A stretch of 64,000 bases of DNA from Gammaproteobacteria bacterium Ga0077554 (GTDB lineage Bacteria > Pseudomonadota > Gammaproteobacteria > Ga0077554 > Ga007554): NCBI GenBank assembly GCA_001464585.1, contig LNFF01000040.1, forward strand, positions 7,267 through 71,266. The letters are read 5' to 3'. The notes below the pieces were generated by a model that was given only the letters and a program-made list of their open reading frames with translations, was not told the DNA's origin and did no database searches. This document shows, one piece after another, positions 9,729-18,731 of the stretch (position 1 is the first letter of the stretch; every line of letters begins with the position of its first letter). Both the position numbers and the translations under genes were made by a program.

Positions 9729-10511
9729 TCAGGGCTGCATCCGATCGGCATTAAGGCGATGCACGCTCAGGCCAAGAAACAGGATGATCAACAGCAGATA
9801 ATAAATGACATCACTGCTGTCAAACATGCCTTTGAGCAGCGTTTCATAATGACGTAACATGGATAAATAACCAAACACGCCGCCTGCTATGCCTGTTATA
9901 TCAGAGGGATCATTTCCAGCGCTGTTATTGCCCGCCCAGTCGAGGAGCCATAATAGCAGGAGCACACCGAACGTACTGACTGCCGCGACTACAGGCTGCG
10001 CCGTCAAGGTTGACATAAACAATCCCACCGCCGCAAAACTGGCCAGCAACAAACCAAGCCCCAGCAATCCTGACAGCAGCATGCCGCCATCCAGCGCGCC
10101 CCCCAACAGCAAGGCTAATGGCATTAGCGTAATCAATGCCAGCATGATCAGCAGAAAGCCCATGATGCCAAGATATTTTCCCAGAATGATTTCCGTCATG
10201 GAGACTGGGGAAGAAAATAACAGGCTGATAGTTTGCGCTTTGCGCTCTTCGCTGATCAGGCGCATCGTCACTAAAGGTACTACCAGCAACAGCAAAATAG
10301 CGGCGTTACCAAACAACGGCACAATCACCAGCTCAGTCATGCCGGGCGCGCCTTCCAGCGCGGCGAGGCGCGGTTGCACCTGCAGGAAAACATCCACTTG
10401 GGCAAGAAAGATGTACGCCAGAATAAATTGCACTACTGCCAGGATAGTCCAGGCCAGCGGCGAGAGAAACAGGCTGCGCAGCTCGCGTGCGGCAATCGAA
10501 AAGATGATCAT
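9729..10511 (-). CDS. ABC-2 family transporter permease (GldF-like)
   Basis: 260 aa with 6 TM helices. 4-nt overlap with the upstream ATPase gene. Confidence 0.7.
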   Translation of the reverse strand: MIIFSIAARELRSLFLSPLAWTILAVVQFILAYIFLAQVDVFLQVQPRLAALEGAPGMTELVIVPLFGNAAILLLLVVPLVTMRLISEERKAQTISLLFSSPVSMTEIILGKYLGIMGFLLIMLALITLMPLALLLGGALDGGMLLSGLLGLGLLLASFAAVGLFMSTLTAQPVVAAVSTFGVLLLLWLLDWAGNNSAGNDPSDITGIAGGVFGYLSMLRHYETLLKGMFDSSDVIYYLLLIILFLGLSVHRLNADRMQP

Positions 10512-11506
10512 GCGGCCTCGTCCCTGGCAACATCATCTGCTTCGTGCTGTTCGGTGCGGGTGATGTCAACGAAAATCTGCTCCAGCGATACCCGCTCAGG
10601 AATTAATTCATAGAGCCGCCAACCCTGCTGTACGGCACGCGCTACCAGTGCTTCGGCGGGGTTGTGCTCTAATATATTATGGGATACATGATGGGAAGCA
10701 TGATGCAGACGCACGCGGCCATCCGCCAAAAGCTCCACCGAGCCAATGCCGGGCAGTGCGGCAAGCTCGGCCAGCGGCGGCATATTATGCAACCCTACCA
10801 CCATGCTCGATGAATGCATGCGCGCCTGCAGGCCGGCCAGGGTGTCACTCAACATCAACTGGCCTTTATTGATGATCTGCACGCGGTCACAGGTGGCCTG
10901 TATCTCCGGCAGAATATGTGTAGACAGGATCACGCCATGCTCTCCGCTTAATTCGCGGATCAGGGCGCGAATCTCGCGCATCTGGATGGGATCCAACCCC
11001 ACCGTCGGCTCATCCAGGATCACCAGCGCAGGCATATGCACGATCGCCTGGGCAATACCCACGCGCTGCTGATACCCCTTGGAAAGATTACCAATCAGAC
11101 GCTTGCCGACTTCGGTGAGTCCACAACGCTGCTTGGCGCGCTCAATGGCAATGCGTTGCTCGCCACGCGGAATACGGTGCAGGCGCGCGCAATATTGCAG
11201 GTATTCGTTAACCGTCAACTCACGATAGAGCGGCGGCTGGTCTGGCAGGTAACCCAGCGCCGCCTTGGCCTGCTTGGGCTGCTTAAGGATATCTACACCG
11301 TTAATCCACACCCGCCCGGCGCTGGGCGCCAGATTGCCGCTCAAAATCTGCATGGTAGTGGATTTTCCCGCGCCGTTAGGGCCGAGAAAACCCAACACCT
11401 CCCCCCGGCTGACTTCAAAGCTGACGTCATTCAGCGCACAGGTTTCCCCATAATAACGGTAGAGGTGTTCAACGCGAACTAGCACTTGATTGTCCATAAG
11501 TGTCAT
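10508..11506 (-). CDS. ABC transporter ATP-binding protein (GldA-like)
   Basis: Walker A 'GPNGAGKST', ABC signature 'LSKGYQQR', Walker B 'ILDEP'. Confidence 0.85.
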   Translation of the reverse strand: MTLMDNQVLVRVEHLYRYYGETCALNDVSFEVSRGEVLGFLGPNGAGKSTTMQILSGNLAPSAGRVWINGVDILKQPKQAKAALGYLPDQPPLYRELTVNEYLQYCARLHRIPRGEQRIAIERAKQRCGLTEVGKRLIGNLSKGYQQRVGIAQAIVHMPALVILDEPTVGLDPIQMREIRALIRELSGEHGVILSTHILPEIQATCDRVQIINKGQLMLSDTLAGLQARMHSSSMVVGLHNMPPLAELAALPGIGSVELLADGRVRLHHASHHVSHNILEHNPAEALVARAVQQGWRLYELIPERVSLEQIFVDITRTEQHEADDVARDEAA

Positions 11507-11571
11507 TATATTGGCTTAAGGGGTATTCTTGCCATGTTTGTTTTTCATTAAATAACTCTAGATACATTGAT

Positions 11572-12858
11572 ATGGATGATTTAACCACACTATTGCGCGA
11601 CTGGATGGATGCTCTGGGCACGCCTGCTGTGCAAGTGCAACTGGGTGTTATCACGTGCGCGGGTTTGTTTGGCGCATGGTTGTACCGTTATTGGACGCAA
11701 CGACTCGCCACGCTCTCGGCAACCTCTCCCGATCACTGGTTGCGTGATTTCTTTTTACGCGGGTTATCGCGGATTATTTTCCCCTTTGGCATGTTCCTGT
11801 TCATGGCGGTGGGCCGCGTTATCCTGCGCAAAGCGCGCATGGATGTCGAACTACTGGATAGCGTGATGCCCCTGGCGCTCTCCTGGGCGGCAATCCGTCT
11901 CGCGGTATTTATTTTACGCACCAGCTTTAATCCCACCCGCACACTTAAAGCATGGGAAGGCATTATCAGCACCACGCTGTGGGTGGCTGTCGCATTGCAT
12001 TTATTGGGATGGTTGCCGGATATTTTGAATGCGATGGATGAAATTGCATTCCACGCCGGCAAAGTCCACATTTCGCTACTTGCTGTCACCAAATTAGTGC
12101 TGGCGGTCGCCAGTCTGTTGATATTGGCGCTGTGGCTGTCTAATTTTATCGAGAAACGCCTGGCGGGCGCCAGTGATATGGACGCAGGTATGCGCATCGG
12201 CATTGCCAAGTTCAGCCGCTTCCTGCTGCTGACCTTTGCCCTGCTGCTCTCGCTGTATAGCGCCGGTATCGACTTAACGGCACTTGCCGTTTTCGGCGGA
12301 GCTTTAGGCGTGGGGCTAGGCTTTGGCTTGCAGCGCATCGCCAGTAATTTTATCAGCGGTTTTATTCTGGTGATGGACCGTTCGATTCGGCCGGGTGATG
12401 TTATTACCACCGGCAACACTTATGGCTGGGTACAGGAAATGCGCGCCCGCTACGTCGTCGTGCATACGCGTGATGGCTCTGACACCCTCATCCCCAATGA
12501 GAAATTAATCACCTCGGATGTGATTAACTGGAGCTATGCAAATCCCAACATGAGCATTTCATTGGCCCTGCGCATCAGCTATCAGGATGACCCGGAGCGC
12601 GCCATACAGATCATGCTCGATATTGCCCGCAAGCATGCTCGCGTGCTCAGTGATCCTGCGCCAAGCTGCATTTTGAAAGAATTTGGTGAGGCTGGGATTA
12701 CGCTAGAAATGACCGTGTGGATCAATGATCCCGAAGCCGGAATCACCAACGTACGCTCCGATCTGTATCTTGCGATCTGGAAAGCGTTCAAGCAACACGC
12801 CATTACGATTCCCCATACCCTCCCGCCTGCTCCACCAGCACCAGCGCCGGAAATATAA
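11572..12858 (+). CDS. mechanosensitive ion channel, MscS family
   Basis: Multiple N-terminal TM helices followed by the MscS beta-domain pattern ('GDVITTGNTYGWVQEMRARYVVVHTRDG...IPN'). The ATG at 11572 is preferred over the track start at 11500. Confidence 0.75.
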   Translation: MDDLTTLLRDWMDALGTPAVQVQLGVITCAGLFGAWLYRYWTQRLATLSATSPDHWLRDFFLRGLSRIIFPFGMFLFMAVGRVILRKARMDVELLDSVMPLALSWAAIRLAVFILRTSFNPTRTLKAWEGIISTTLWVAVALHLLGWLPDILNAMDEIAFHAGKVHISLLAVTKLVLAVASLLILALWLSNFIEKRLAGASDMDAGMRIGIAKFSRFLLLTFALLLSLYSAGIDLTALAVFGGALGVGLGFGLQRIASNFISGFILVMDRSIRPGDVITTGNTYGWVQEMRARYVVVHTRDGSDTLIPNEKLITSDVINWSYANPNMSISLALRISYQDDPERAIQIMLDIARKHARVLSDPAPSCILKEFGEAGITLEMTVWINDPEAGITNVRSDLYLAIWKAFKQHAITIPHTLPPAPPAPAPEI

Positions 12859-12897
12859 ACCCAAAAAATCCCACGCCGAGTCAGCGCAGAAACGAAG

Positions 12898-13012
12898 CCA
12901 GATTTCTCCCGGCAACTGCTCCTGCGTTGCTCTACCTTCCGCCATCCATGGCGGTCGCCTTCGGTCGAAATGACAGTGAGGCTGTCATCCCGAACGAAGA
13001 GAGGGATCTTGG
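12898..13012. repeat. MITE/REP-like nested palindromic element (family A, 'tgtcatttcgaccgaagg...cgaaatgaca', plus a 'gtcatcccgaacg' module)
   Basis: Near-identical to copies at 21885, 25775, 49845 and 57507. Confidence 0.8.
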
Positions 13013-13029
13013 TTTTTGAACGAACTTTC

Positions 13030-13266
13030 ACTGATGTCAGGAATGCGTTTCTCTACGGGAAAACCCTGATTCCTCCTCACATAATCCCTGATGTATGGGA
13101 TGAAATACCCAATAGCCGCGATGTAAATAATTTGTAACAATTTTGTCACATATGTCACGAAGCCGTAATGTTGAAGTGGTTTAAGCAGCGAAGCCCAGAT
13201 ATTTTGATGGCTATTTATTCATTAAACTCTGGTTAATGAACTTCAGCAGCGTGATGTGTGAAACAT
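13030..13266 (+). repeat. direct repeat copy 1 (237 bp, ~90% identical to 22150..22385): duplicated promoter region of the DASS transporter gene
   Basis: Hand alignment of 13030..13266 against 22150..22385 shows only scattered mismatches. Confidence 0.85.
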
Positions 13267-13362
13267 AGTGTATAGCCTGAAAAAAATAATGGGAACTGTT
13301 GACATTATCAATAATTGGGATTAAATTCCCATATAACAAGGATTGAACAGGGTCAACCACCT

Positions 13363-13458
13363 TACCGGCTTATAGCCGGGGCATAGCAGCGGGGGTGATC
13401 ACGCTCACCATCTGGTTGGGGTTGCCTGAACTCAATACGCAGGCACGCCTGGCTTTCA
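13363..13458 (+). repeat. direct repeat copy 1b (~96 bp, ~85% identical to 22489..22584): duplicated 5' coding fragment of the DASS transporter
   Basis: Encodes '...TIWLGLPELNTQARLAFIT', matching residues about 30-50 of the 22419..23990 protein. Confidence 0.8.
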
Positions 13459-13475
13459 TCACGGAGGATACTATC

Positions 13476-14819
13476 ATGAAGATCCTGCATTATTCTCATG
13501 ACAGCCTGGGGCTGGGACACATCCGGCGTACACTTGCCATCGTTCGCCAGCTCGCGCATGACCTGCCGGGCATCGGGCAACTGGTGCTTACCGGATCAAT
13601 GCAGTTTGGCGCCTACGAATGGCCGCCGCACGTGGATTGCGTGAAGCTGCCGACCCTTCGTAAAAAAACCAACGGCGAATATCACTCACCCTATTTACAT
13701 GGGTCGCTGGAAGCCGTTTCCACCCTGCGCGAGAGCATCATTCTGAGCACGATTAACTATTTCAATCCAGACCTTGTGCTTGTGGACAAGGCCCCGGCGG
13801 GCCTGAACGGCGAAATGATGCGCGCCCTGCATCGTCTCAAACAGGAACGCCCCCAGACGTTGCTGGTTCTGGGCATGCGCGACATTGAGGATGACTCCCA
13901 GACCACGCGCCGGGATTGGACACGCGGTAACATATATCCATTGCTGGAGAACATTTACGACGCCATTCTGCTCTACGGCGCGCGCGAGCTTTTCGATCCC
14001 GTGACCGAATACCATCTCTCGCCGACAATCGCCGACAAGATGCACCCGTGCGGCTATGTCTTCGGTGCCGGTGAGCGTGTGGTGGCGACGGAGTGCCTTC
14101 GCGAGAAACTCGGGCTACAGACGGAGCGCCTGGTGTTGGTGACAGCCGGTGGCGGCGCCGATGGATTTCAGGTCATCAAGACTTACCTTGAGATGCTGGC
14201 GAGCCGGCCGACACCCGCCCCTTTTCATTCCCTGATCGTTGCCGGCCCGCAGATGGCGGCTGCGGAATACAAGGTGCTGGAACAATGTGCCGCAGCGGTT
14301 GCCTCTCCGCTCACACTGAAACTCTTCACCCCCCATTTGTCGAACTACCTGCGCATCGCCGATCTGGTAATCACCATGGGCGGCTACAACACCGTGATGG
14401 AGATTTTGGGACACGGTCGATGCTCGATTATCGTGCCGCGCGTAAGCCCCCGCCGCGAGCAACTGATCCGTGCTGAACGCCTGGCGGCACGGAATCTGGT
14501 TCGCATGATCCACCCTGACGAGTTGACACCCGCACGCCTCCTGGCCGAAATGGACGCCGCCCTGGAACACAGTGATCGCGTCGATCCTGCCGGGATGGGC
14601 CTGCGCATGGACGGTGCGGAGAAGGCGAGTCGCATTCTCGCCGCGCTACTGGACACCCATGCCCACACGATGACCCACACGACAAAGGTCACACCACCTG
14701 TCCGCGCTGAGGCAATGTGCTCCAGCCAAAATTCTTCCGCAGCACCCGCCGGGGAGCGGCGCAAAAACCATAGCCAACGGCGCAAGGACCGAACTGTTCG
14801 GGACACATCCAATGGGTAA
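13476..14819 (+). CDS. GT-B glycosyltransferase (COG4671/MGT-like, GT1/GT28 superfamily)
   Basis: GGAGGA RBS 7 nt before the ATG at 13476. N-terminal 'MKILHYSHDSLGLGHIRRTLAI' matches the 'HxxxGxGH' start of GT1/28 enzymes. The track ORF extends upstream to 13395 only by reading through the duplicated transporter fragment. Confidence 0.6.
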   Translation: MKILHYSHDSLGLGHIRRTLAIVRQLAHDLPGIGQLVLTGSMQFGAYEWPPHVDCVKLPTLRKKTNGEYHSPYLHGSLEAVSTLRESIILSTINYFNPDLVLVDKAPAGLNGEMMRALHRLKQERPQTLLVLGMRDIEDDSQTTRRDWTRGNIYPLLENIYDAILLYGARELFDPVTEYHLSPTIADKMHPCGYVFGAGERVVATECLREKLGLQTERLVLVTAGGGADGFQVIKTYLEMLASRPTPAPFHSLIVAGPQMAAAEYKVLEQCAAAVASPLTLKLFTPHLSNYLRIADLVITMGGYNTVMEILGHGRCSIIVPRVSPRREQLIRAERLAARNLVRMIHPDELTPARLLAEMDAALEHSDRVDPAGMGLRMDGAEKASRILAALLDTHAHTMTHTTKVTPPVRAEAMCSSQNSSAAPAGERRKNHSQRRKDRTVRDTSNG

Positions 14820-16020
14820 GCCATTCCACGTCGGTTATGTCCTCAAGCGCTATCCGCGTCTCTCGGAAACCTTCATTGTCACCGAGATGCTTGAATTGCG
14901 GCGCCTCGGCGTGACGGTTACGATCCTGGCACAGAGAGATGCAGGCGAAACGCTGGTGCATGAAAAGACGCGCCAACTCGATGCGCCGATCTATTACCTG
15001 CCGCGCGTTTCCAGCCAGGAATGGCCGTTTCGCTATCACAAGGACGGGGTCAGCCCTGCGACTACCCTCGAGAGTGGCGGCGCCAATAGCGACGAGAGCA
15101 GCGGGCGCACCATGCTCGAGGCCGCCCTACTCGCGCCGCTGGTCGAGCGGCTTGGTATCGATCATCTGCACGCACACTTCGCCACCTGGGCGAGCGAGAT
15201 GGCCTGCCACGTCAGTGCGCTTACCGGCATCCCTTTCAGCTTTACCGCGCACGCCAAGGACATCTTTCACAACGATGTTAACAAACAGCAGTTGGCATGG
15301 AGGATGGCGCGGGCGAAACTCGTTATTACCGTGAGCGATTTCAACAAGGCCTACCTCAATGATCTGCTCGCCGTCTCCGGCAAAACCGGCCGGATCGAGC
15401 GCCTGTATAACGGCATCGATCTCGATTTGTTCGCACGGCAGGCACGCCACCCGGAGCCGGGGTTAATTGTCGGCATCGGACGTCTCGTGGAAAAAAAGGG
15501 TTTCGACTATCTCATTGATGCCTGCCGTCTGTTGAAGCAGGAAGGTCGGCAGTTCCGCTGCGTCATCGCCGGCGACGGCGAACAACGCGCCGCGCTCGCG
15601 GCGCGTATCAGCGAACACGGACTGGATAACGAGATCACGCTTGCCGGCGCCATGAGCCAGACCGAAGTGATCGCCTTGCTCAAACGCGCAACGGTGTTCG
15701 TTCTGCCATGCGTCGTGGGACGGGACGGCAACCGCGACGGCCTGCCGACTGTACTGCTTGAGGCGATGACCCTCGAAGTGCCTGTGGTTTCCACCCGCGT
15801 TACTGGCATCCCGGAAATCGTTGATCATGGGCAAACCGGCCTGCTGGTAGAGGAAAGGGACGCTACGGGACTGGCTGCGGCGCTTGCCGAATTACTCCAG
15901 GCACCAACGCTACGGCGACAACTCGGCGCCCGGGCACGGGAGAAAGTTGCGCGCCAGTTCAACACGGCCGAAAACGTAAAACAGCTCAGAGAGCATTTTA
16001 TCGTGAGCAGTGGAAGTTAG
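14812..16020 (+). CDS. GT4-family (group 1) glycosyltransferase
   Basis: 402 aa with GT-B fold cues and the C-terminal E-x7-E region ('EAMTLEVPVVSTRVTGIPE'). Overlaps the upstream GT stop by 8 nt. Confidence 0.7.
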   Translation: MGKPFHVGYVLKRYPRLSETFIVTEMLELRRLGVTVTILAQRDAGETLVHEKTRQLDAPIYYLPRVSSQEWPFRYHKDGVSPATTLESGGANSDESSGRTMLEAALLAPLVERLGIDHLHAHFATWASEMACHVSALTGIPFSFTAHAKDIFHNDVNKQQLAWRMARAKLVITVSDFNKAYLNDLLAVSGKTGRIERLYNGIDLDLFARQARHPEPGLIVGIGRLVEKKGFDYLIDACRLLKQEGRQFRCVIAGDGEQRAALAARISEHGLDNEITLAGAMSQTEVIALLKRATVFVLPCVVGRDGNRDGLPTVLLEAMTLEVPVVSTRVTGIPEIVDHGQTGLLVEERDATGLAAALAELLQAPTLRRQLGARAREKVARQFNTAENVKQLREHFIVSSGS

Positions 16021-16170
16021 AACCTGTTTAGAATCTCGATCAAGGGATGCAGCGCAAGGCAAAAGTAACCGAAAAAGCGGAGCATACACGAAGTATGTGA
16101 GCATTTTGAGGTTACTTTTAACGCCGCGATGCGCCCTTCAGCGAGATTCTAAATAGGTTCTATAGGAATT
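16021..16170. repeat. ~150-bp imperfect long palindrome / hairpin element in the GT4-GT4 intergenic region
   Basis: 'tagaacctgtttagaatctcg' (16021..) pairs with 'cgagattctaaataggttcta' (..16165). Inner arms 'aaaagtaacc' / 'ggttactttt' also pair. Confidence 0.6.
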
Positions 16171-16393
16171 TTGGGCTCACCCTATGCGCATGCTCGCGTT
16201 TCCGGAATATTTTATTCCGCCCTTTTCCGCAGGGGAGCAGACACTAACCACGGTCGACCGGGTATGTTTGTTATGGTATGGTATTGTCTGGTCAATGAGC
16301 TTCATTATCTGGCTCACCTGCTGCAACGCGACCTTGCCCTGCTGCCTGTTTTCGATCAGGTCAATCTTTGACAACCGCGAGTAGCCGTGCGCC

Positions 16394-17683
16394 ATGAACA
16401 GTAATAATCAGCATTCACGTCAAGATATGAAGATCCTGTATCTGTGCAGCGATCTGGGTATTCCTGTGCTCGGACGTAAGGGCGCTGCGGTGCATGTGCG
16501 CGTCCTGAGTGAGGCGTTACAGCGCGCCGGGCATACGGTGGTGCTCGCGGCGCCATCGTTGAACAAAGACCCGTGGGAAATTCCGCAGCAGATAAATGCT
16601 GCGCTGATGCATCTGCCGCCGTCACCCGAAGTGGCGCAGGCCGTACTCGGGTTAACGGAATTCAACGAATCGCTCGAGGTTGAAAACTCGCTGCCTGGCG
16701 AGTTGCGGCGCATTCTTTACAACCAGCAACTGGCGGCACAGCTCGAACGCCGCTTCCGCAACCACGCGCCGGATTTCATCCTTGAACGCGCGTCGCTGTA
16801 CGCCACGGCAGGTGTGCGCGTCGCACGTGCGCTTAATATTCCCTTGATTGTCGAACTCAACACGCCGCTGGCGCTCGAGCAATCCGCCTATCGCACCACG
16901 GGCCTGGGCGAGCTGGCCGCCCAGGCCGAGTGTTGGGCGCTGACACACGCCGATGCGGTATTCGCTGTTTCGGATCCGTTGCGCGATTATGTGCTGTCCC
17001 TCGGGGTCGCGTCCGAACGCGTACACGTGCTGCCGAACGGCGTTGATACGGCGCTGTTTTATCCCGCCCCCCGCAACCCCGAACTGCGCGCGCGGCTCAA
17101 TCTTGGCGATGGACCGGTGCTCGGCTTCGTCGGCGGGCTGCGGCCGTGGCACGGCGTTCAGGCCTTGCCGCTGCTGGTGGAGCGATTGGCGCCACGCTAT
17201 CCACACTTGCGCCTGGTTATCGTGGGCGAAGGGCCGATGCGGGCCGAATTGGATGCCGCCTTCCGGGCGCGCCGCATCCAGGAGCATGTGATCTTCACCG
17301 GTTCACTCCCGCACGACGAGGTGAGTGAACTGATTCGCCAATTTGATGTGGCGCTCGCGCCTTATCCCGTACTTGATCATGTGTTCTATTTCTCGCCCCT
17401 CAAACTGTTTGAGTACATGGCCTGCGGCGTGCCAGTGGTCGCGGCGGCCGTGGGCCAGATTGCCGAGGTGGTGCGCGATGGCGATACTGGCCTGCTCCAC
17501 CCGCCCGGCGATCTTGATGCGCTCGCCGCCGCATGCGCGCGACTCCTCGCCGACCCTGCGCTCCGCCAGCGCCTGGGAGAAACGGCGGCGGCAGAGGTTC
17601 ACTCCAACTACACCTGGACGCGGAATGCCACGCGCATCGTCGAACTGGCGCGCACGTTGATCGCACACCGCGCGGGCGGATGA
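16394..17683 (+). CDS. GT4-family glycosyltransferase (alternative start 16427)
   Basis: 'MKILYLCSDLGIPVLGRKGAAVHVRVLSEAL' is a typical GT4 N-terminus. C-terminal 'EYMACGVPVVAAAVGQIAEVV' supplies the EX7E region. Confidence 0.7.
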   Translation: MNSNNQHSRQDMKILYLCSDLGIPVLGRKGAAVHVRVLSEALQRAGHTVVLAAPSLNKDPWEIPQQINAALMHLPPSPEVAQAVLGLTEFNESLEVENSLPGELRRILYNQQLAAQLERRFRNHAPDFILERASLYATAGVRVARALNIPLIVELNTPLALEQSAYRTTGLGELAAQAECWALTHADAVFAVSDPLRDYVLSLGVASERVHVLPNGVDTALFYPAPRNPELRARLNLGDGPVLGFVGGLRPWHGVQALPLLVERLAPRYPHLRLVIVGEGPMRAELDAAFRARRIQEHVIFTGSLPHDEVSELIRQFDVALAPYPVLDHVFYFSPLKLFEYMACGVPVVAAAVGQIAEVVRDGDTGLLHPPGDLDALAAACARLLADPALRQRLGETAAAEVHSNYTWTRNATRIVELARTLIAHRAGG

Positions 17684-18729
17684 TAACGATGCAGCATCCT
17701 TCCATTACGGTTGTCGATCCATTCGGCATTGCGGCAGATGTGAAGCTGCCGCAGGCGCGCCTCGCGCTCGATCCGACCGAGGTCGAGCCGCAACTTGAGC
17801 GGCTTTCGCGCTTAGCAGGAAAAGGCGGGCGCGTGCGGTTGCTGGCCATCCGCGTGATCCGCTACAAGCCGGGGCGGCGTTGCATGCTCGAATACGACGT
17901 GGCGGTGCCGACGGCCACTGGCGCACGGGAACTTACGCTCATCGGCAAGATGCGCGCGCGGCACCATGCCCGAGTCCCCTGCCGCCTGCTCGATACTCTG
18001 TGGAACACGGGTTTTGACGCGAACAGCAACGACGGCATTTCGGTACCCGAGCCTGCGGGGGTGATCAGCCGGTTCAATCTGTGGTTGCAGCATAAAGTTC
18101 CAGGGCGTCCACTGGGGGATCTGCTTTCAGGTTCCGAGGGTACAGCGCTGGCGCGGCGTGTTGTCGACGCCGTTCACAAGCTGCATATTGCGGGCGTTCC
18201 GACCGAACGGCGTCATACGCTGGCGGATGAGTTGCGAATCCTGCACGAACGTCTGCCCCGGGTGGCGCAGGAGCACCCCGGCTGGAGCCAACGCCTCGAG
18301 CACCTGCTGGCGGCCTGCGACCGACTCGGCGCCGACTTGCCACCGCCTGTAGAGCACGGTATCCATCGCGATTTTTACGCCGACCAGGTTATCGTTGACG
18401 GCGAGCGGCTGTATCTCCTCGATTTTGATCTCTATTGCGCCGGTGATCCAGCACTCGATATCGGTAACTTCGCTGGCCATATCATTGAGCAGCGCCTACG
18501 CCTGTCGGGAGACTCCTTAGCCCTCGCGGAATGCGAACAAGCCCTGGTCGAGCGCTTTGTGGAACTGGCTGGCCCGGCGTCGCGGCACGCGGTGGCTGTA
18601 TATACCACCCTGACGCTGGTGCGGCATATTTACTTAAGCACATTGTTTCCTGAAAGGCGCGTGTTGACCGGCAAGCTGCTTGAACTGTGCGAGCAGCGAC
18701 TGAGCCCGTGGCTCTGCGGAAGACCCTGA
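17680..18729 (+). CDS. kinase of the APH / LPS-kinase (WaaP/Kdo kinase) protein-kinase-like fold
   Basis: 'HGIHRDFYADQVIVDGERLYLLDFDL' contains the catalytic-loop HRD...N-like and DFD motifs of APH/WaaP-type phosphotransferases. Its ATG overlaps the stop of the upstream GT4 (ATGA). Confidence 0.55.
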   Translation: MITMQHPSITVVDPFGIAADVKLPQARLALDPTEVEPQLERLSRLAGKGGRVRLLAIRVIRYKPGRRCMLEYDVAVPTATGARELTLIGKMRARHHARVPCRLLDTLWNTGFDANSNDGISVPEPAGVISRFNLWLQHKVPGRPLGDLLSGSEGTALARRVVDAVHKLHIAGVPTERRHTLADELRILHERLPRVAQEHPGWSQRLEHLLAACDRLGADLPPPVEHGIHRDFYADQVIVDGERLYLLDFDLYCAGDPALDIGNFAGHIIEQRLRLSGDSLALAECEQALVERFVELAGPASRHAVAVYTTLTLVRHIYLSTLFPERRVLTGKLLELCEQRLSPWLCGRP

Positions 18730-18731
18730 AC

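Noticed and set aside
13395-13475. Upstream extension of the first island glycosyltransferase to the ATG at 13395
   Set aside because: The extension is the duplicated transporter 5' fragment. A strong GGAGGA RBS precedes 13476, so it is treated as a fusion artefact (kept as a finding, not as the CDS start).
13695-18480. Numerous 60-150-aa ORFs on both strands inside the GC-rich island (e.g. 14115..14570, 16652..17287, 17400..17849)
   Set aside because: High GC lowers stop-codon frequency. They overlap long, motif-bearing glycosyltransferase and kinase frames and have Arg/Ala/Pro-rich junk composition.
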